A stretch of DNA of 64,000 nt from Eledone cirrhosa. Its lineage: Eukaryota. The position numbers were made by a program, and so were the translations under genes. The first letter of the stretch is position 1. Every line of letters begins with the position of its first letter. Below the pieces are notes generated by a model, which did no database searches, was not told where the DNA came from, and saw nothing but the letters and a program-made list of their open reading frames with translations. The stretch is taken from assembly GCA_964016885.1 (NCBI GenBank), contig OZ024747.1, positions 7,812,001 to 7,876,000 of the forward strand. Reading direction: 5' to 3'. Below, one piece after another: positions 39,545 through 53,319 of this stretch.

Positions 39545-40030
39545 TATTATTTTACCTCACACACTTACACCTCTCCAAGACAATGTCACTGGACCGAGAT
39601 CTTTGGCGCTACACAGTAATACAGAAGACCTGCCTTGCCTAAGTACAAAGCGAAACCTACAGTCTGTAGGCACCTCTAACAAAAATACAGCCTCGTCCCA
39701 CTACCCCCACCCACCCCATCCACACCACCCCTTCCTATGTAAAGTTATGTTGGTACCACAACATCCAGTCCGAAACAAATGAGGTCGTGTAGGTGTCACG
39801 ACAAAAAACACACAGTCCACGCTGTAATGTGGCCATGTAGGTAACATGGTAAAAACCTCCCGGTCCACACTGTAAACGTGGTTGGTGTTAGGAAGGGCAT
39901 CCAGCCGTAGAAAACCCTCCAGACAGTCCTATACGAGCAAGACAACTAATCTTGCCTCAAGTAGGAAAACTCCCGTCCAAACCCATGCTAGCGTGTAAGA
40001 TGGACGTTAAATGATGATGATGATGATGAT
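39545..40030 (+). mobile_element. 3' fragment of the second RTE family with (ATG)n tail
   Basis: Starts with RTE-like C-terminus LHLSKTMSLDRDLWRYTVIQKTCLA*; ~390 nt 3'UTR; ends (GAT)n; GATGATGAT also lies at the 5' junction. Confidence 0.75.
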
Positions 40031-40534
40031 CTGCTGTGCTCACTGAAGGGTACATTAATCTGTTTGCTTTGGTTTCCTTGGTTAACAACAGACTACTATG
40101 AACTACAGTTGAAACTTAGCTCCCAAAATTCTGTAGGAAGAGGGTTTTGAAACTGTATCTCTTGGAAGTTTTGTTGGTTTTCTGTAGAAGTTAGCAGAAC
40201 TGATAACCCATTGATGAATATTTCTGGTGATATCAGTTTATTGGGTGGGATTAATCCTGTCTTTTCCATATTTCTAATGAAAAAACAATGCCTATGATCT
40301 TCAAATCATTTTGAAAATAATCTAGAATTTGAAGGGATTTAGTAATATAACAAACTTTCTCATTATTGAGCTGGTGTTTGTAACATAAAGGTTTTTATAT
40401 AAAATTATGATGGAAAAAATTATATATATATATATATATATTAAACACTTAAAAAAAAAAAAAAGCTTTGCTAGAGCCAAAGCAGTTTTGATATCAAAAG
40501 GAAGGCTAGCTCAGTTTTCTGCTGATGTGTGTGA

Positions 40535-40642
40535 ACTGCTGATGGGTGTCCACTGCCGATGGGTGTCCACTGCCGATGGGTGTCCACTGCCGATGGGTGT
40601 CCACTGCCGATGCGTGTCCACTGCTGATGCGTGTCCACTACC
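40535..40642. repeat. 17-bp minisatellite, ~6 copies
   Basis: Unit GATGGGTGTCCACTGCC. Confidence 0.95.
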
Positions 40643-40800
40643 GGGTACATCTGCTAATGGGTGCCTGCTGTTAACCCATTTAAGTTGGGTTTATACATTT
40701 TTTTTGAAATTGTCATCTTTTCAATTCTTTTAAAGGTTTTGAAAATGTTTCTCTTTTAAATGATTTGTTTGTAATTTGTATATGTTTTTATTGTATATAG

Positions 40801-40919
40801 GTTTGGAATACTTCTTCTTGTGAGTTTGTTCGTACACTAAATGGACACAAGAGAGGTATTGCCTGCCTTCAATACCGAGATCGTTTAGTGGTCAGTGGCA
40901 GCTCCGATAACTCCATAAG
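40801..40919 (+). CDS. BTRC: beta-TrCP exon (WD40)
   Basis: tatag|GTT...AG|gtatgt, 119 nt; [39 protein letters not shown](R). Confidence 0.96.
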
Positions 40920-41757
40920 GTATGTATATAGTTGAACCTTAACTGAACATCAATTATCCAAACAAGATCTGTAATTTGTGTGTAACTTAAGAAAAACACT
41001 GGTGCTCATCAGCGTTTAACATATATTTTCCATGTTAGCATGGGTAAGACGGATCAATTTCATCTTTGCTTAATGATGATTAAAAGGAATTTGTTTTACT
41101 GTAGAACTTGTAAAAACATTACACCAAAGAGATGTTACTGACTCTGGTGCAAGGGTTGCATCTTCTGTACACTCTTATCAAAAGTACATGTTGGTCAGTT
41201 AGCTTGTTTGATCTGTCAACCACTTTAAACAGAACAAATAAAAATGGCCGACAAACTAAATGATTTAAAAGTACAACAAAATCCGTGGTGTCTCTGTCAT
41301 GGAGTGTGTATTAGTTGCAAGTAATGTTGTTGTTAACATGTCTGTGAAGAGAAAGTAAACATTATTAACAAGTAAACAGAAAAGCGAGATTTTACAGGGC
41401 TTTGATTATGATGGAAAAGCATTGTATCAATTGAATGACAAAACACAATCTATTTTATTGCATGTTTTTAGTGGTTTGTTTTTGCTGACATGCATTCAAA
41501 TGCACATAAATACACATGTTCATACCTACACATCTACATGCAAATATACACAGGTAGTCATGCACATTCCGATGTACACACGAGCAGTCATAAATACATG
41601 CTATCCTGACACACACACACACTCACATGTAGAGACAAATGTGTAGCCATGCACACACAGGCTCACACACCTTATGCACATATATATATATATGGGTATT
41701 TATTTGTATGTATGTGTGTATTTCTGTGTTTGTAATGTATTTTCTCTTTCCTGTCAG

Positions 41758-41868
41758 GTTGTGGGATATTGAATGTGGTGCCTGCCTAAGGGTCCTTGAA
41801 GGTCATGAAGAATTAGTCCGTTGCATACGGTTTGATAACAAGAGAATTGTTAGTGGTGCTTATGATGG
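41758..41868 (+). CDS. BTRC: beta-TrCP exon (WD40)
   Basis: ctgtcag|G TTG...GG|gtaagt, 111 nt; [36 protein letters not shown](G). Confidence 0.96.
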
Positions 41869-42311
41869 GTAAGTAACACACTATAGCCCCCTTTTTTCTC
41901 TTTCTCTTTTTATCCCACTCTTACTACACCCTGTTCTGTTCCTCTTTTCCTTCTCTATATCTTCCTTCCACACTGTTGCTCTCAAACATACCTACTCAAT
42001 CTCTGACCCTCTCTATACCTCACTTCATCTCTCTTCACTTTCTCTCCCTCACTTCATCTCGCACCCTCTCACATCACTCACTTTCACTCCCTCACTATTT
42101 CTTCATGCTCCCTCCCTCTCTCTCTCTCTCTTCACTCACCCTCTCTCATTATTCTTCACTCTCACTATCTCTTTTCCCTCTCCCTCCCACATTTCATCTC
42201 TCACCCTCTCACATCATTCCCTCTTTCACTCTCTCTCTACTCTCCCTCACTGTCTCTCTTCATTCTCCCTGATATTACATTTGGTAATTCTCCAACGTTT
42301 TTTGCCTTCAG

Positions 42312-42390
42312 AAAAATCAAAGTATGGGACCTTGCTGCAGCCCTGGATCCTCGAGCACCAGCTGGCACCTTATGTCTTAGAACACTTGTG
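42312..42390 (+). CDS. BTRC: beta-TrCP exon (WD40)
   Basis: ccttcag|A AAA...GTG|gtgagt, 79 nt; [26 protein letters not shown]. Confidence 0.96.
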
Positions 42391-42562
42391 GTGAGTATTT
42401 CTGGTTAGGGCAGTGAGTGTTTGTGTTCTCTGTAGGTGGAACATCTGTTGGTGGTCTGTTGGATGATGTGGAGTGGAGCCTGGTGGTTTGTTGTGTAAGG
42501 TGGAGTAGAGTGGAACTTTGGTGCTCTGTTTGAGAGATTGAGTGAGCGATGAAGAAGACCGG

Positions 42563-45500
42563 GATGTTTGTCTCGGCTATGACTGATGTTTGTCTCGGCT
42601 ATGACTGATGTTTATGTTGGCTGACTGATGTTTGTCTCGGCTATGACTGATGTTTATGTTGGCTGACTGATGTTTGTCTCGGCTATGACTCATGTTTGTC
42701 TCGGCTATGACTGATGTTTGTCTCGGCTATGACTGATGTTTGTCTCGGCTATGACTGATGTTTGTCGGCTGACTGATGTTTGTCTTGGCTATGACTGATG
42801 TTTGTCTCGGCTGTGACTGATGTTTGTCTCAGCTGTGACTGATGTTTGTCTCAGCTGTGACTGATGTTTGTGTCGGCTGTGACTGATGTTTGTCTCGGCT
42901 GTGACTGTTGTTTGTCTCGGCTGTGACTGTTGTTTGTCTCGGCTGTGACTGTTGTTTGTCTCGGCTGTGACTGATGTTTGTGTCGGCTGTGACTGATGTT
43001 TGTGTCGGCTGTGACTGATGTTTGTGTCGGCTGACTGATGTTTGTGTCGGCTGACTGATGTTTGTGTCTGCTGTGACTGATGTTTGTCTCGGCTCTGACT
43101 GATGTTTGTGTCTGCTGTGACTGATGTTTATGTCTGCTGTGACTGATGTTTGTGTCTGGTGTGACTGATGTTTGTGTCGGCTATGACTGATGTTTGTCGG
43201 CTGACTGATATTTGTGTCAGCTGTGACTGATGTTTGTGTCTGCTGTGACTGATGTTTGTCCCGGCTATGACTGATGTTTGTGTCAGCTGTGACTGATGTT
43301 TGTGTCAGCTGTGACTGATGTTTGTGTCTGCTGTGACTGATGTTTGTGTCGGCTATGACTGATGTGTGTCAGCTATGACTGATGTTTGTCGGCTGACTGA
43401 TGTTTGTGTCTGCTGTGACTGATGTTTGTGTCTGCTGTGACTGATGTTTGTGTCTGCTATGATTGATGTTTGTGTCTGCTGTGACTGATGTTTGTGTCTG
43501 CTGTGACTGTTTGTGTCGGCTGTGACTGATGTTTGTGTCTGCTGTGACTGATGTTTGTGTCTGCTATGACTGATGTTTGTGTCGGCTGTGACTGATGTTT
43601 GTGTCGGCTGTGACTGATTGTGTCTGCTGTGACTTTGTGTCAGCTGTGACATGTTTGTGCCGGCTGTGACTGATGTTTGTGTCTGCTGTGACTGATGTTT
43701 GTGTCGGCTGTGACTGATGTTTGTGTCGGCTGTGACTGATGTTTGTGTCGGCTGTGACTGATGTTTGTGTCTGCTGTGACTGATGTTTGTGTCGGCTGTG
43801 ACTGATGTTTGTCTCGGCTGTGACTGATGTTTGTGTCGGCTGTGACTGATGTTTGTTTCGGCTCTGACTGATGTTTGTGTCTGCTGTGACTGATGTTTGT
43901 GTCTGCTGTGACTGATGTTTGTGTCTGCTGTGACTGATGTTTGTGTCGGCTCTGACTGATGTTTGTGTCGGCTGTGACTGATGTTTGTGTCGGCTGTGAC
44001 TGATGTTTGTGTCGGCTGTGACTGATGTTTGTGTCGGCTGTGACTGATGTTTGTGTCGGCTGTGACTGATGTTTGTGTCGGCTGTGACTGATGTTTGTGT
44101 CGGCTGTGACTGATGTTTGTGTCGGCTGTGACTGATGTTTGTGTCGGCTGTGACTGATGTTTGTGTCGGCTGTGACTGATGTTTGTGTCGGCTGTGACTG
44201 ATGTTTGTGTCGGCTGTGACTGATGTTTGTGTCTGCTGTGACTGATGTTTCTGTCTGCTGTGACTGATGTTTGTGTCGGCTGTGACGTTTGTGTCGGCTA
44301 TGACTGATGTTTGTGTCGGCTATGACTGATGTTTGTGTCGGCTATGACTGATGTTTGTGTCTGCTGTGACTGATGTTTGTGTCTGCTGTGACTGATGTTT
44401 GTGTCTGCTGTGACCGATGTTTGTGTCTGCTGTGACCGATGTTTGTGTCTGCTGTGACCGATGTTTGTGTCGGCTGTGACTGATGTTTGTGTCGGCTGTG
44501 ACTGATGTTTGTGTCGGCTGTGACTGATGTTTGTGTCGGCTGTGACTGATGTTTGTGTCGGCTGTGACTGATGTTTGTGTCGGCTGTGACTGATGTTTGT
44601 CGGCTCTGACTGATGTTTGTGTCTGCTGTGACTGATGTTTGTCTGCTGTGACTGATGTTTGTGACGTTTGTGTCGGCTATGACTGATGTTTGTGTCTGCT
44701 GTGACTGATGTTTGTGTCGGCTATGACTGATGTTTGTGTCGGCTGTGACTGATGTTTGTCTCGGCTTTGACTGATGTTTGTGTCGGCTGTGACTGATGTT
44801 TGTGTCTGCTGTGACTGATGTTTGTCTGCTGTGACTGATGTTTGTGACGTTTGTGTCGGCTATGACTGATGTTTGTGTCTGCTGTGACTGATGTTTGTGT
44901 CGGCTATGACTGATGTTTGTGTCGGCTGTGACTGATGTTTGTCTCGGCTTTGACTGATGTTTGTCTCGGCTTTGACTGATGTTTGTGTCGGCTGTGACTG
45001 GTGTTTGTCTCGGCTGTGACTGATGTTTGTCTCGGCTGTGACTGATGTTTGTGTCTGCTGTGACTGATGTTTGTCTTGGCTGTGACTGATGTTTGTGTCT
45101 GCTGTGACTGATGTTTGTCTTGGCTGTGACTGATGTTTGTGTCTGCTGTGACTGATGTTTGTCTGCTGTGACTGATGTTTGTGACGTTTGTGTCGGCTAT
45201 GACTGATGTTTGTGTCTGCTGTGACTGATGTTTGTGTCTGCTGTGACTGATGTTTGTGTCTGCTGTGACTGATGTTTGTGTCGGCTGTGACTGATGTTTG
45301 TCTCGGCTTTGACTGATGTTTGTGTCGGCTGTGACTGATGTTTGTGTCGGCTGTGACTGGTGTTTGTCTCGGCTGTGACTGATGTTTGTGTCTGCTGTGA
45401 CTGATGTTTGTCTTGGCTGTGACTGATGTTTGTGTCGGCTGTGACTGATGTTTGTCTCGGCTTTGACTGATGTTTGTCTCGGCTATGACTGATGTTTGTG

Positions 45501-48500
45501 TCGGCTGTGACTGGTGTTTGTCTCGGCTGTGACTGATGTTTGTGTCTGCTGTGACTGATGTTTGTCTTGGCTGTGACTGATGTTTGTGTCGGCTGTGACT
45601 GATGTTTGTGTCGGCTGTGACTGATGTTTGTCTCGGCTGTGGCTGATGTTTGTGTCGGCTGTGACTGATGTTTGTCTTGGCTGTGACTGATGTTTGTGTC
45701 TGCTGTGACTGATGTTTGTGTCGGCTATGACTGATGTGTGTCAGCTATGACTGATGTTTGTCGGCTGACTGATGTTTGTGTCTGCTGTGACTGATGTTTG
45801 TGTCTGCTGTGACTGATGTTTGTGTCTGCTATGATTGATGTTTGTGTCTGCTGTGACTGATGTTTGTGTCTGCTGTGACTGTTTGTGTCGGCTGTGACTG
45901 ATGTTTGTGTCTGCTGTGACTGATGTTTGTGTCTGCTATGACTGATGTTTGTGTCGGCTGTGACTGATGTTTGTGTCGGCTGTGACTGATTGTGTCTGCT
46001 GTGACTTTGTGTCAGCTGTGACATGTTTGTGCCGGCTGTGACTGATGTTTGTGTCTGCTGTGACTGATGTTTGTGTCGGCTGTGACTGATGTTTGTGTCG
46101 GCTGTGACTGATGTTTGTGTCGGCTGTGACTGATGTTTGTGTCTGCTGTGACTGATGTTTGTGTCGGCTGTGACTGATGTTTGTCTCGGCTGTGACTGAT
46201 GTTTGTGTCGGCTGTGACTGATGTTTGTTTCGGCTCTGACTGATGTTTGTGTCTGCTGTGACTGATGTTTGTGTCTGCTGTGACTGATGTTTGTGTCTGC
46301 TGTGACTGATGTTTGTGTCGGCTCTGACTGATGTTTGTGTCGGCTGTGACTGATGTTTGTGTCGGCTGTGACTGATGTTTGTGTCGGCTGTGACTGATGT
46401 TTGTGTCGGCTGTGACTGATGTTTGTGTCGGCTGTGACTGATGTTTGTGTCGGCTGTGACTGATGTTTGTGTCGGCTGTGACTGATGTTTGTGTCGGCTG
46501 TGACTGATGTTTGTGTCGGCTGTGACTGATGTTTGTGTCGGCTGTGACTGATGTTTGTGTCGGCTGTGACTGATGTTTGTGTCTGCTGTGACTGATGTTT
46601 CTGTCTGCTGTGACTGATGTTTGTGTCGGCTGTGACGTTTGTGTCGGCTATGACTGATGTTTGTGTCGGCTATGACTGATGTTTGTGTCGGCTATGACTG
46701 ATGTTTGTGTCTGCTGTGACTGATGTTTGTGTCTGCTGTGACTGATGTTTGTGTCTGCTGTGACCGATGTTTGTGTCTGCTGTGACCGATGTTTGTGTCG
46801 GCTGTGACTGATGTTTGTGTCGGCTGTGACTGATGTTTGTGTCGGCTGTGACTGATGTTTGTGTCGGCTGTGACTGATGTTTGTGTCGGCTGTGACTGAT
46901 GTTTGTGTCGGCTGTGACTGATGTTTGTGTCGGCTGTGACTGATGTTTGTGTCGGCTGTGACTGATGTTTGTGTCGGCTGTGACTGATGTTTGTCGGCTC
47001 TGACTGATGTTTGTGTCTGCTGTGACTGATGTTTGTCTGCTGTGACTGATGTTTGTGACGTTTGTGTCGGCTATGACTGATGTTTGTGTCTGCTGTGACT
47101 GATGTTTGTGTCGGCTATGACTGATGTTTGTGTCGGCTGTGACTGATGTTTGTCTCGGCTTTGACTGATGTTTGTCTCGGCTTTGACTGATGTTTGTCTC
47201 GGCTTTGACTGATGTTTGTCTCGGCTTTGACTGATGTTTGTCTCGGCTGTGACTGATGTTTGTCTCGGCTGTGACTGATGTTTGTGTCTGCTGTGACTGA
47301 TGTTTGTCTTGGCTGTGACTGATGTTTGTGTCTGCTGTGACTGATGTTTGTCTTGGCTGTGACTGATGTTTGTGTCTGCTGTGACTGATGTTTGTCTGCT
47401 GTGACTGATGTTTGTGACGTTTGTGTCGGCTATGACTGATGTTTGTGTCTGCTGTGACTGATGTTTGTGTCTGCTGTGACTGATGTTTGTGTCTGCTGTG
47501 ACTGATGTTTGTGTCGGCTGTGACTGATGTTTGTCTCGGCTTTGACTGATGTTTGTGTCGGCTGTGACTGATGTTTGTGTCGGCTGTGACTGGTGTTTGT
47601 CTCGGCTGTGACTGATGTTTGTGTCTGCTGTGACTGATGTTTGTCTTGGCTGTGACTGATGTTTGTGTCGGCTGTGACTGATGTTTGTCTCGGCTTTGAC
47701 TGATGTTTGTCTCGGCTATGACTGATGTTTGTGTCGGCTGTGACTGGTGTTTGTCTCGGCTGTGACTGATGTTTGTGTCTGCTGTGACTGATGTTTGTCT
47801 TGGCTGTGACTGATGTTTGTGTCGGCTGTGACTGATGTTTGTGTCGGCTGTGACTGATGTTTGTCTCGGCTGTGGCTGATGTTTGTGTCGGCTGTGACTG
47901 ATGTTTGTCTTGGCTGTGACTGATGTTTGTGTCTGCTGTGACTGATGTTTGTCTCGGCTGTGACTGATGTTTGTCTCGGCTTTGACTGATGTTTGTGTCG
48001 GCTGTGACTGATGTTTGTCTCGGCTGTGACTGATGTTTGTCTCGGCTTTGACTGATGTTTGTGTCTGCTGTGACTGATGTTTGTCTCGGCTTTGACTGAT
48101 GTTTGTGTCGGCTGTGACTGATGTTTGTCTCGGCTTTGACTGATGTTTGTGTCTGCTGTGACTGATGTTTGTCTCGGCTGTGACTGATGTTTGTGTCTGC
48201 TGTGACTGATGTTTGTCTCGGCTGTGACTGATGTTTGTCTCGGCTTTGACTGATGTTTGTGTCGGCTGTGACTGATGTTTGTCTCGGCTATGACTGATGT
48301 TTGTGTCGGCTGTGACTGGTGTTTGTCTCGGCTGTGACTGATGTTTGTGTCTGCTGTGACTGATGTTTGTCTTGGCTGTGACTGATGTTTGTGTCGGCTG
48401 TGACTGATGTTTGTGTCGGCTGTGACTGATGTTTGTCTCGGCTGTGGCTGATGTTTGTGTCGGCTGTGACTGATGTTTGTCTTGGCTGTGACTGATGTTT

Positions 48501-49726
48501 GTGTCTGCTGTGACTGATGTTTGTCTCGGCTGTGACTGATGTTTGTCTCGGCTTTGACTGATGTTTGTGTCTGCTGTGACTGATGTTTGTCTCGGCTTTG
48601 ACTGATGTTTGTGTCGGCTGTGACTGATGTTTGTCTCGGCTTTGACTGATGTTTGTGTCTGCTGTGACTGATGTTTGTCTCGGCTGTGACTGATGTTTGT
48701 GTCTGCTGTGACTGATGTTTGTCTCGGCTGTGACTGATGTTTGTCTCGGCTTTGACTGATGTTTGTGTCGGCTGTGACTGATGTTTGTCTCGGCTTTGAC
48801 TGATGTTTGTCTCGGCTATGACTGATGTTTGTGTCGGCTGTGACTGGTGTTTGTCTCGGCTGTGACTGATGTTTGTGTCTGCTGTGACTGATGTTTGTCT
48901 TGGCTGTGACTGATGTTTGTGTCGGCTGTGACTGATGTTTGTGTCGGCTGTGACTGATGTTTGTCTCGGCTGTGGCTGATGTTTGTGTCGGCTGTGACTG
49001 ATGTTTGTCTTGGCTGTGACTGATGTTTGTGTCTGCTGTGACTGATGTTTGTCTCGGCTGTGACTGATGTTTGTGTCTGCTGTGACTGATGTTTGTCTCG
49101 GCTGTGACTGATGTTTGTGTCGGCTGTGACTGATGTTTGTCTTGGCTGTGACTGATGTTTGTGTCTGCTGTGACTGATGTTTGTCTTGGCTGTGACTGAT
49201 GTTTGTCTTGGCTGTGACTGATGTTTGTGTCTGCTGTGACTGATGTTTGTCTTGGCTGTGACTGATGTTTGTGTCGGCTGTGACTGATGTTTGTCTCGGC
49301 TGATGTTTGTCTCGGCTGATGTTTGTGTCGGCTGTGACTGATGTTTGTCTCGGCTGTGACTGATGTTTGTGTCAGCTGTGACTGATGTTTGTCTTGGCTG
49401 TGACTGGTGGCTGATGTTTGTGTCGGCTGTGACTGATGTTTGTCTCGGCTGTGACTGATGTTTGTGTCGGCTATGACTGATGTTTGTGTCGGCTGTGACT
49501 GGTGTTTGTCTCGGCTGTGACTGGTGTTTGTCTCGGCTGTGACTGATGTTTGTGTCTGCTGTGACTGATGTTTGTGTCGGCTGTGACTGATGTTTGTGTC
49601 GGCTATGACTGATGTTTGTGTCGGCTATGACTGATGTTTGTGTCGGCTATGACTGATGTTTGTGTCGGCTGTGACTGATGTTTGTGTCTGCTGTGACTGA
49701 TGTTTGTGTCAGCTATGACTGATGTG
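42563..49726. repeat. 22-bp minisatellite array (~7.2 kb, roughly 325 units)
   Basis: Unit GCTGTGACTGATGTTTGTGTCG with recurrent variants; fills most of the intron 42391-49844. Confidence 0.98.
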
Positions 49727-49844
49727 GCCATTACAATTATTTTAATTTCTTTCTCTTGACTCTACTAAATTTATTCTCCTGTTTATCCTATGTTATTTCT
49801 TCCATAACATCGCCTGATTTCTCTCTTATTCTATTTCTCTCCAG

Positions 49845-50003
49845 GAACATTCTGGACGTGTGTTTCGCTTACAATTCGATGAGTTCCAGATTGTCAGCAG
49901 CAGTCATGATGACACCATCCTAATATGGGACTTTCTCAACGTGCCAATCCCTGAAGGGCCAGCCCGTTCTCCGCTCAGGACGTATACCTATGTGTCCAAG
50001 TGA
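49845..50003 (+). CDS. BTRC: beta-TrCP terminal coding exon (WD40 repeat 7 + C-terminal tail)
   Basis: Polypyrimidine tract + ccag|GAA; [52 protein letters not shown] then TGA (followed by two more TGA). Confidence 0.96.
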   Translation, partial: EHSGRVFRLQFDEFQIVSSSHDDTILIWDFLNVPIPEGPARSPLRTYTYVSK

Positions 50004-50621
50004 TGATGACATGAGGACAGGTCTCGCCACCAACTGTCGCTGCTATTACTACTATTACTCTTATTACTACAGCTACTACTATTACCACCATCACCACCTT
50101 GTACGATCATCACCACTGCTTCAAACAATCACCAGAAGCCACCTCCCACTTCTACTACCATTACTACTGCTACTATTACTGTTACTATTACCACCACCAA
50201 AACAGCTGCTGCTGTTGCTACTATGTAGTGGTGGTGGTGATGGTGGTGGTGGTGGTTGTGGGGGTTATTGTTGGACTACGAATCATGTAATTTCCACCAC
50301 AAGCTGTTACGCTCACCTGACATGAGGTAGCACCAAGGTTTAAACCCTAGGTGGGTTGTGAGAGTATGTGTGTCTGTCTGTGTGTGTGCTTGTCTGTGTG
50401 TATGTGTGTGTGTGGATCAAAGTAAGGTGGATGTCCATTTTTGTTTTGGCTGGATATGGTTAAACAGACCTTTCCTTCAAGTTGTTAAGTTGTTTACTGG
50501 ACAATGAAAACACAAAAAAATTTTTTTTTAAGTGTACACATGCATACATAATGTATACACATGTATATATATGTATATATATGTATAACATATATATGTA
50601 ATATACACACTTCAATGTGTA

Positions 50622-50679
<58 letters not shown>

Positions 50680-50916
50680 TACACACATTCATTATCACAA
50701 ACAAAATGCATACAAAGACAATATAATTTTGCATACATTGAAATTGTTTTGCTGTGTGCATCACTGCACAGAAATATGCAAACTACTTTAAACGCAGCAC
50801 TGGCATTACAACAACAGCGCCTCAACAGAAAGAGATAAACTGGTATATTAAGCCATGTAACGTGTCGAGTGACTCACCCACCACAGCTCCTCCTGCACCC
50901 CCCCTTTGACTCTCTT

Positions 50917-50981
<65 letters not shown>

Positions 50982-51278
50982 AAGGCTCTCTTGCCTCACA
51001 GTCCTGCCTACTACAATAACAACAAAAACAACAATGAAAGTAACGTAGGTGGTGAGAGTGGGTGATGGGAAATATTTGAGGAGAACCTTTGTATATTTGG
51101 ACATTTGTTTTTCAGTTAAGAGTCCGTGGCAGAGCTGGCCCCGTGCTGGTTCTTAAAGAGATGGGAATGTCATCTACCTCCCACTGCTGTTTTTTTCCTA
51201 ATGCTTTTTAACTATTTCCTGCAACCCATTCAGATATGTGTGTGTGTGTGAGTGTGAATATATATATTTATTTATATA

Positions 51279-51311
<33 letters not shown>

Positions 51312-51650
51312 ATATATATATATAATGTATGTATATATGGTTTGTATGTGTGTATAGCATGTTATATAAAACATCTCCATTTATATTCTTTCAAATTTAC
51401 TCTCATTTATGAATATAGATGTGAGCAGATGTGATACTCACGCACACACACACACATACGAACACATATAGACACGCTCATATTGTGATTTCACTGCACG
51501 TTCTCATGCATGTGTATATATTATTTGATGCATGCCCGTGTGTGTCACATATTGGTTACTGTAGCTTAGCTGTCACACTTTAGGCTTGGTTTCATGCAGG
51601 TTATAGAAAGGTATGCAGGCTTTTTTCTATTTATGCTTCTAGTTTGTGTG

Positions 51651-51690
<40 letters not shown>

Positions 51691-52040
51691 CACATACATA
51701 CATACATACATACACATGTATGTGTGTGTGTTGTGTAATGTATGTATATATGTATATATTATGTAGATGTATATATACATCTATATGTTGATGTATATAT
51801 ATATATCTGCATGTAGATGTATATGTATATATATTTATATATATGTATGTATATGTGTGTCTGTGTATATATATATATGTATATATGTTGATAATATTCG
51901 CACACAGTGTACATTTTAAATTATGTATACATTTGCGTGTGTCTATATGTATATATTTTTATTGTTTTAAAATTTATTTTATTTTAGAATTTTTTAAAAC
52001 ATTTTGTGAGTGAGTGAATAAATGTGTGAACATGAGTAGG
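50004..52040 (+). other. probable beta-TrCP 3'UTR, rich in simple repeats
   Basis: Follows the stop codon; candidate AATAAA at 52017-52022 with U/GU-rich sequence downstream. The true 3' end cannot be fixed from sequence. Confidence 0.4.
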
Positions 52041-53319
52041 GCCAGTCCCAGTTTTGTTTTTAACCTTAATTCTGCCTTTCTCTTCCTCTTTAACAGTATA
52101 GCTGAATGCTTTTCTCAGCTATAAATACAAATTATCACTACGGTTTTCTCGTTACTGATTTTCAGACGATTATTGAAAAAAGGTGAACAAATTTCATTTA
52201 AATGTCTGCATAGGGCGGTGCCCCAGCATGGCCTCAGCCAGATGGCTGGAACAGGTAAAAGAGTGAAAGAGTAATTGGGAGATTGACAGTAAAGTGTCAT
52301 ATACTCATTGGCTGACAGTATTTAAGATGTAGGTACCCTCTTACCACCCCCCTAATGTCATAAAGGTAACTTGACAATCAAAAGGAAATGATAAAAAACA
52401 TAAATTGGCAGTGGTGTAATGATTTTTGTTTCTTTTGTTGAATGTTTCGGTAAAGTGTAATATGAGGCAAGATAACTAGTATAAAATATATATATGATAT
52501 GATACATTTACAAATATAGTTAGAAATAACATTTTTCTGTTACATGTTAACCATTTGTTTTCAAAACAAAAGTTGGAATTTGTCTGTTATTGACGACATT
52601 TCGCAAAATTCCTCCTACAGGATTTTATATTAGCATGTAGTGGAAAAATTAAATTTCTAGCTTTATTTTCATGAATATCTTATTTTTATACGAGTTATGT
52701 CCCTTGCATCATTGTTTCTACTTGACCAAAAGACTTATCAACGAGGAAGCCTCTAAGTGGTTGTTCGACTTGCTAGAAAAAGCAGACAAATCTCCATCAA
52801 ATCACATTCTGCTGTCATAGGGGGAAAGAAAAAAAAGGCTACAGTAGATAATGTAGTCTTTGATAACTTCCCTCCATTTTTTTTAAATACCCTTTTAACA
52901 GAGCTCCTCATGTAGGGCTGACCTGGGGTAAAACAGTAAACATTTCATATTTTCATTAAATCTTTTTTTCTTATAATTTAATCTATATTTAATTTTGAAT
53001 TATAATTATTATACATTTTTGATTATAGCTTTATTGCAACAATAAGAGATATTGACATCTTTTAAATAATATTTCTCCCTTATATTCTATCAACCAGTCA
53101 GTGCAGATAATTTTATTAAAAATCTTTTGTATTAATTTCAAGAAATTTGTTGTTTTCAATAATCGTCTAGAAACTGGCAATGAGAAACTCGGAGTAACAA
53201 TTTGTGAAGATTCAGTTTCCAATAAAAAATAAATCAATCTTATATTATTGAGTACTCTTTTTTTCTCTCATACTTACTTACTTACACTCATATGTAACAC
53301 CCCACCCCATATATACATA

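Noticed and set aside
42563-49726. CRISPR-like array or repeat protein (ORFs 43353-43652 and 45725-46024)
   Set aside because: Contiguous tandem units with no unique spacers, eukaryotic intron, no cas genes; the ORFs are repeat translations.
50001-50009. TGA TGA TGA as a readthrough or selenocysteine signal
   Set aside because: Coincides with the expected beta-TrCP C-terminus; simply a (TGA)n repeat, and no SECIS is recognisable.
49990-50325. 111-aa ORF overlapping the beta-TrCP stop
   Set aside because: Low-complexity trinucleotide 3'UTR translation in another frame.
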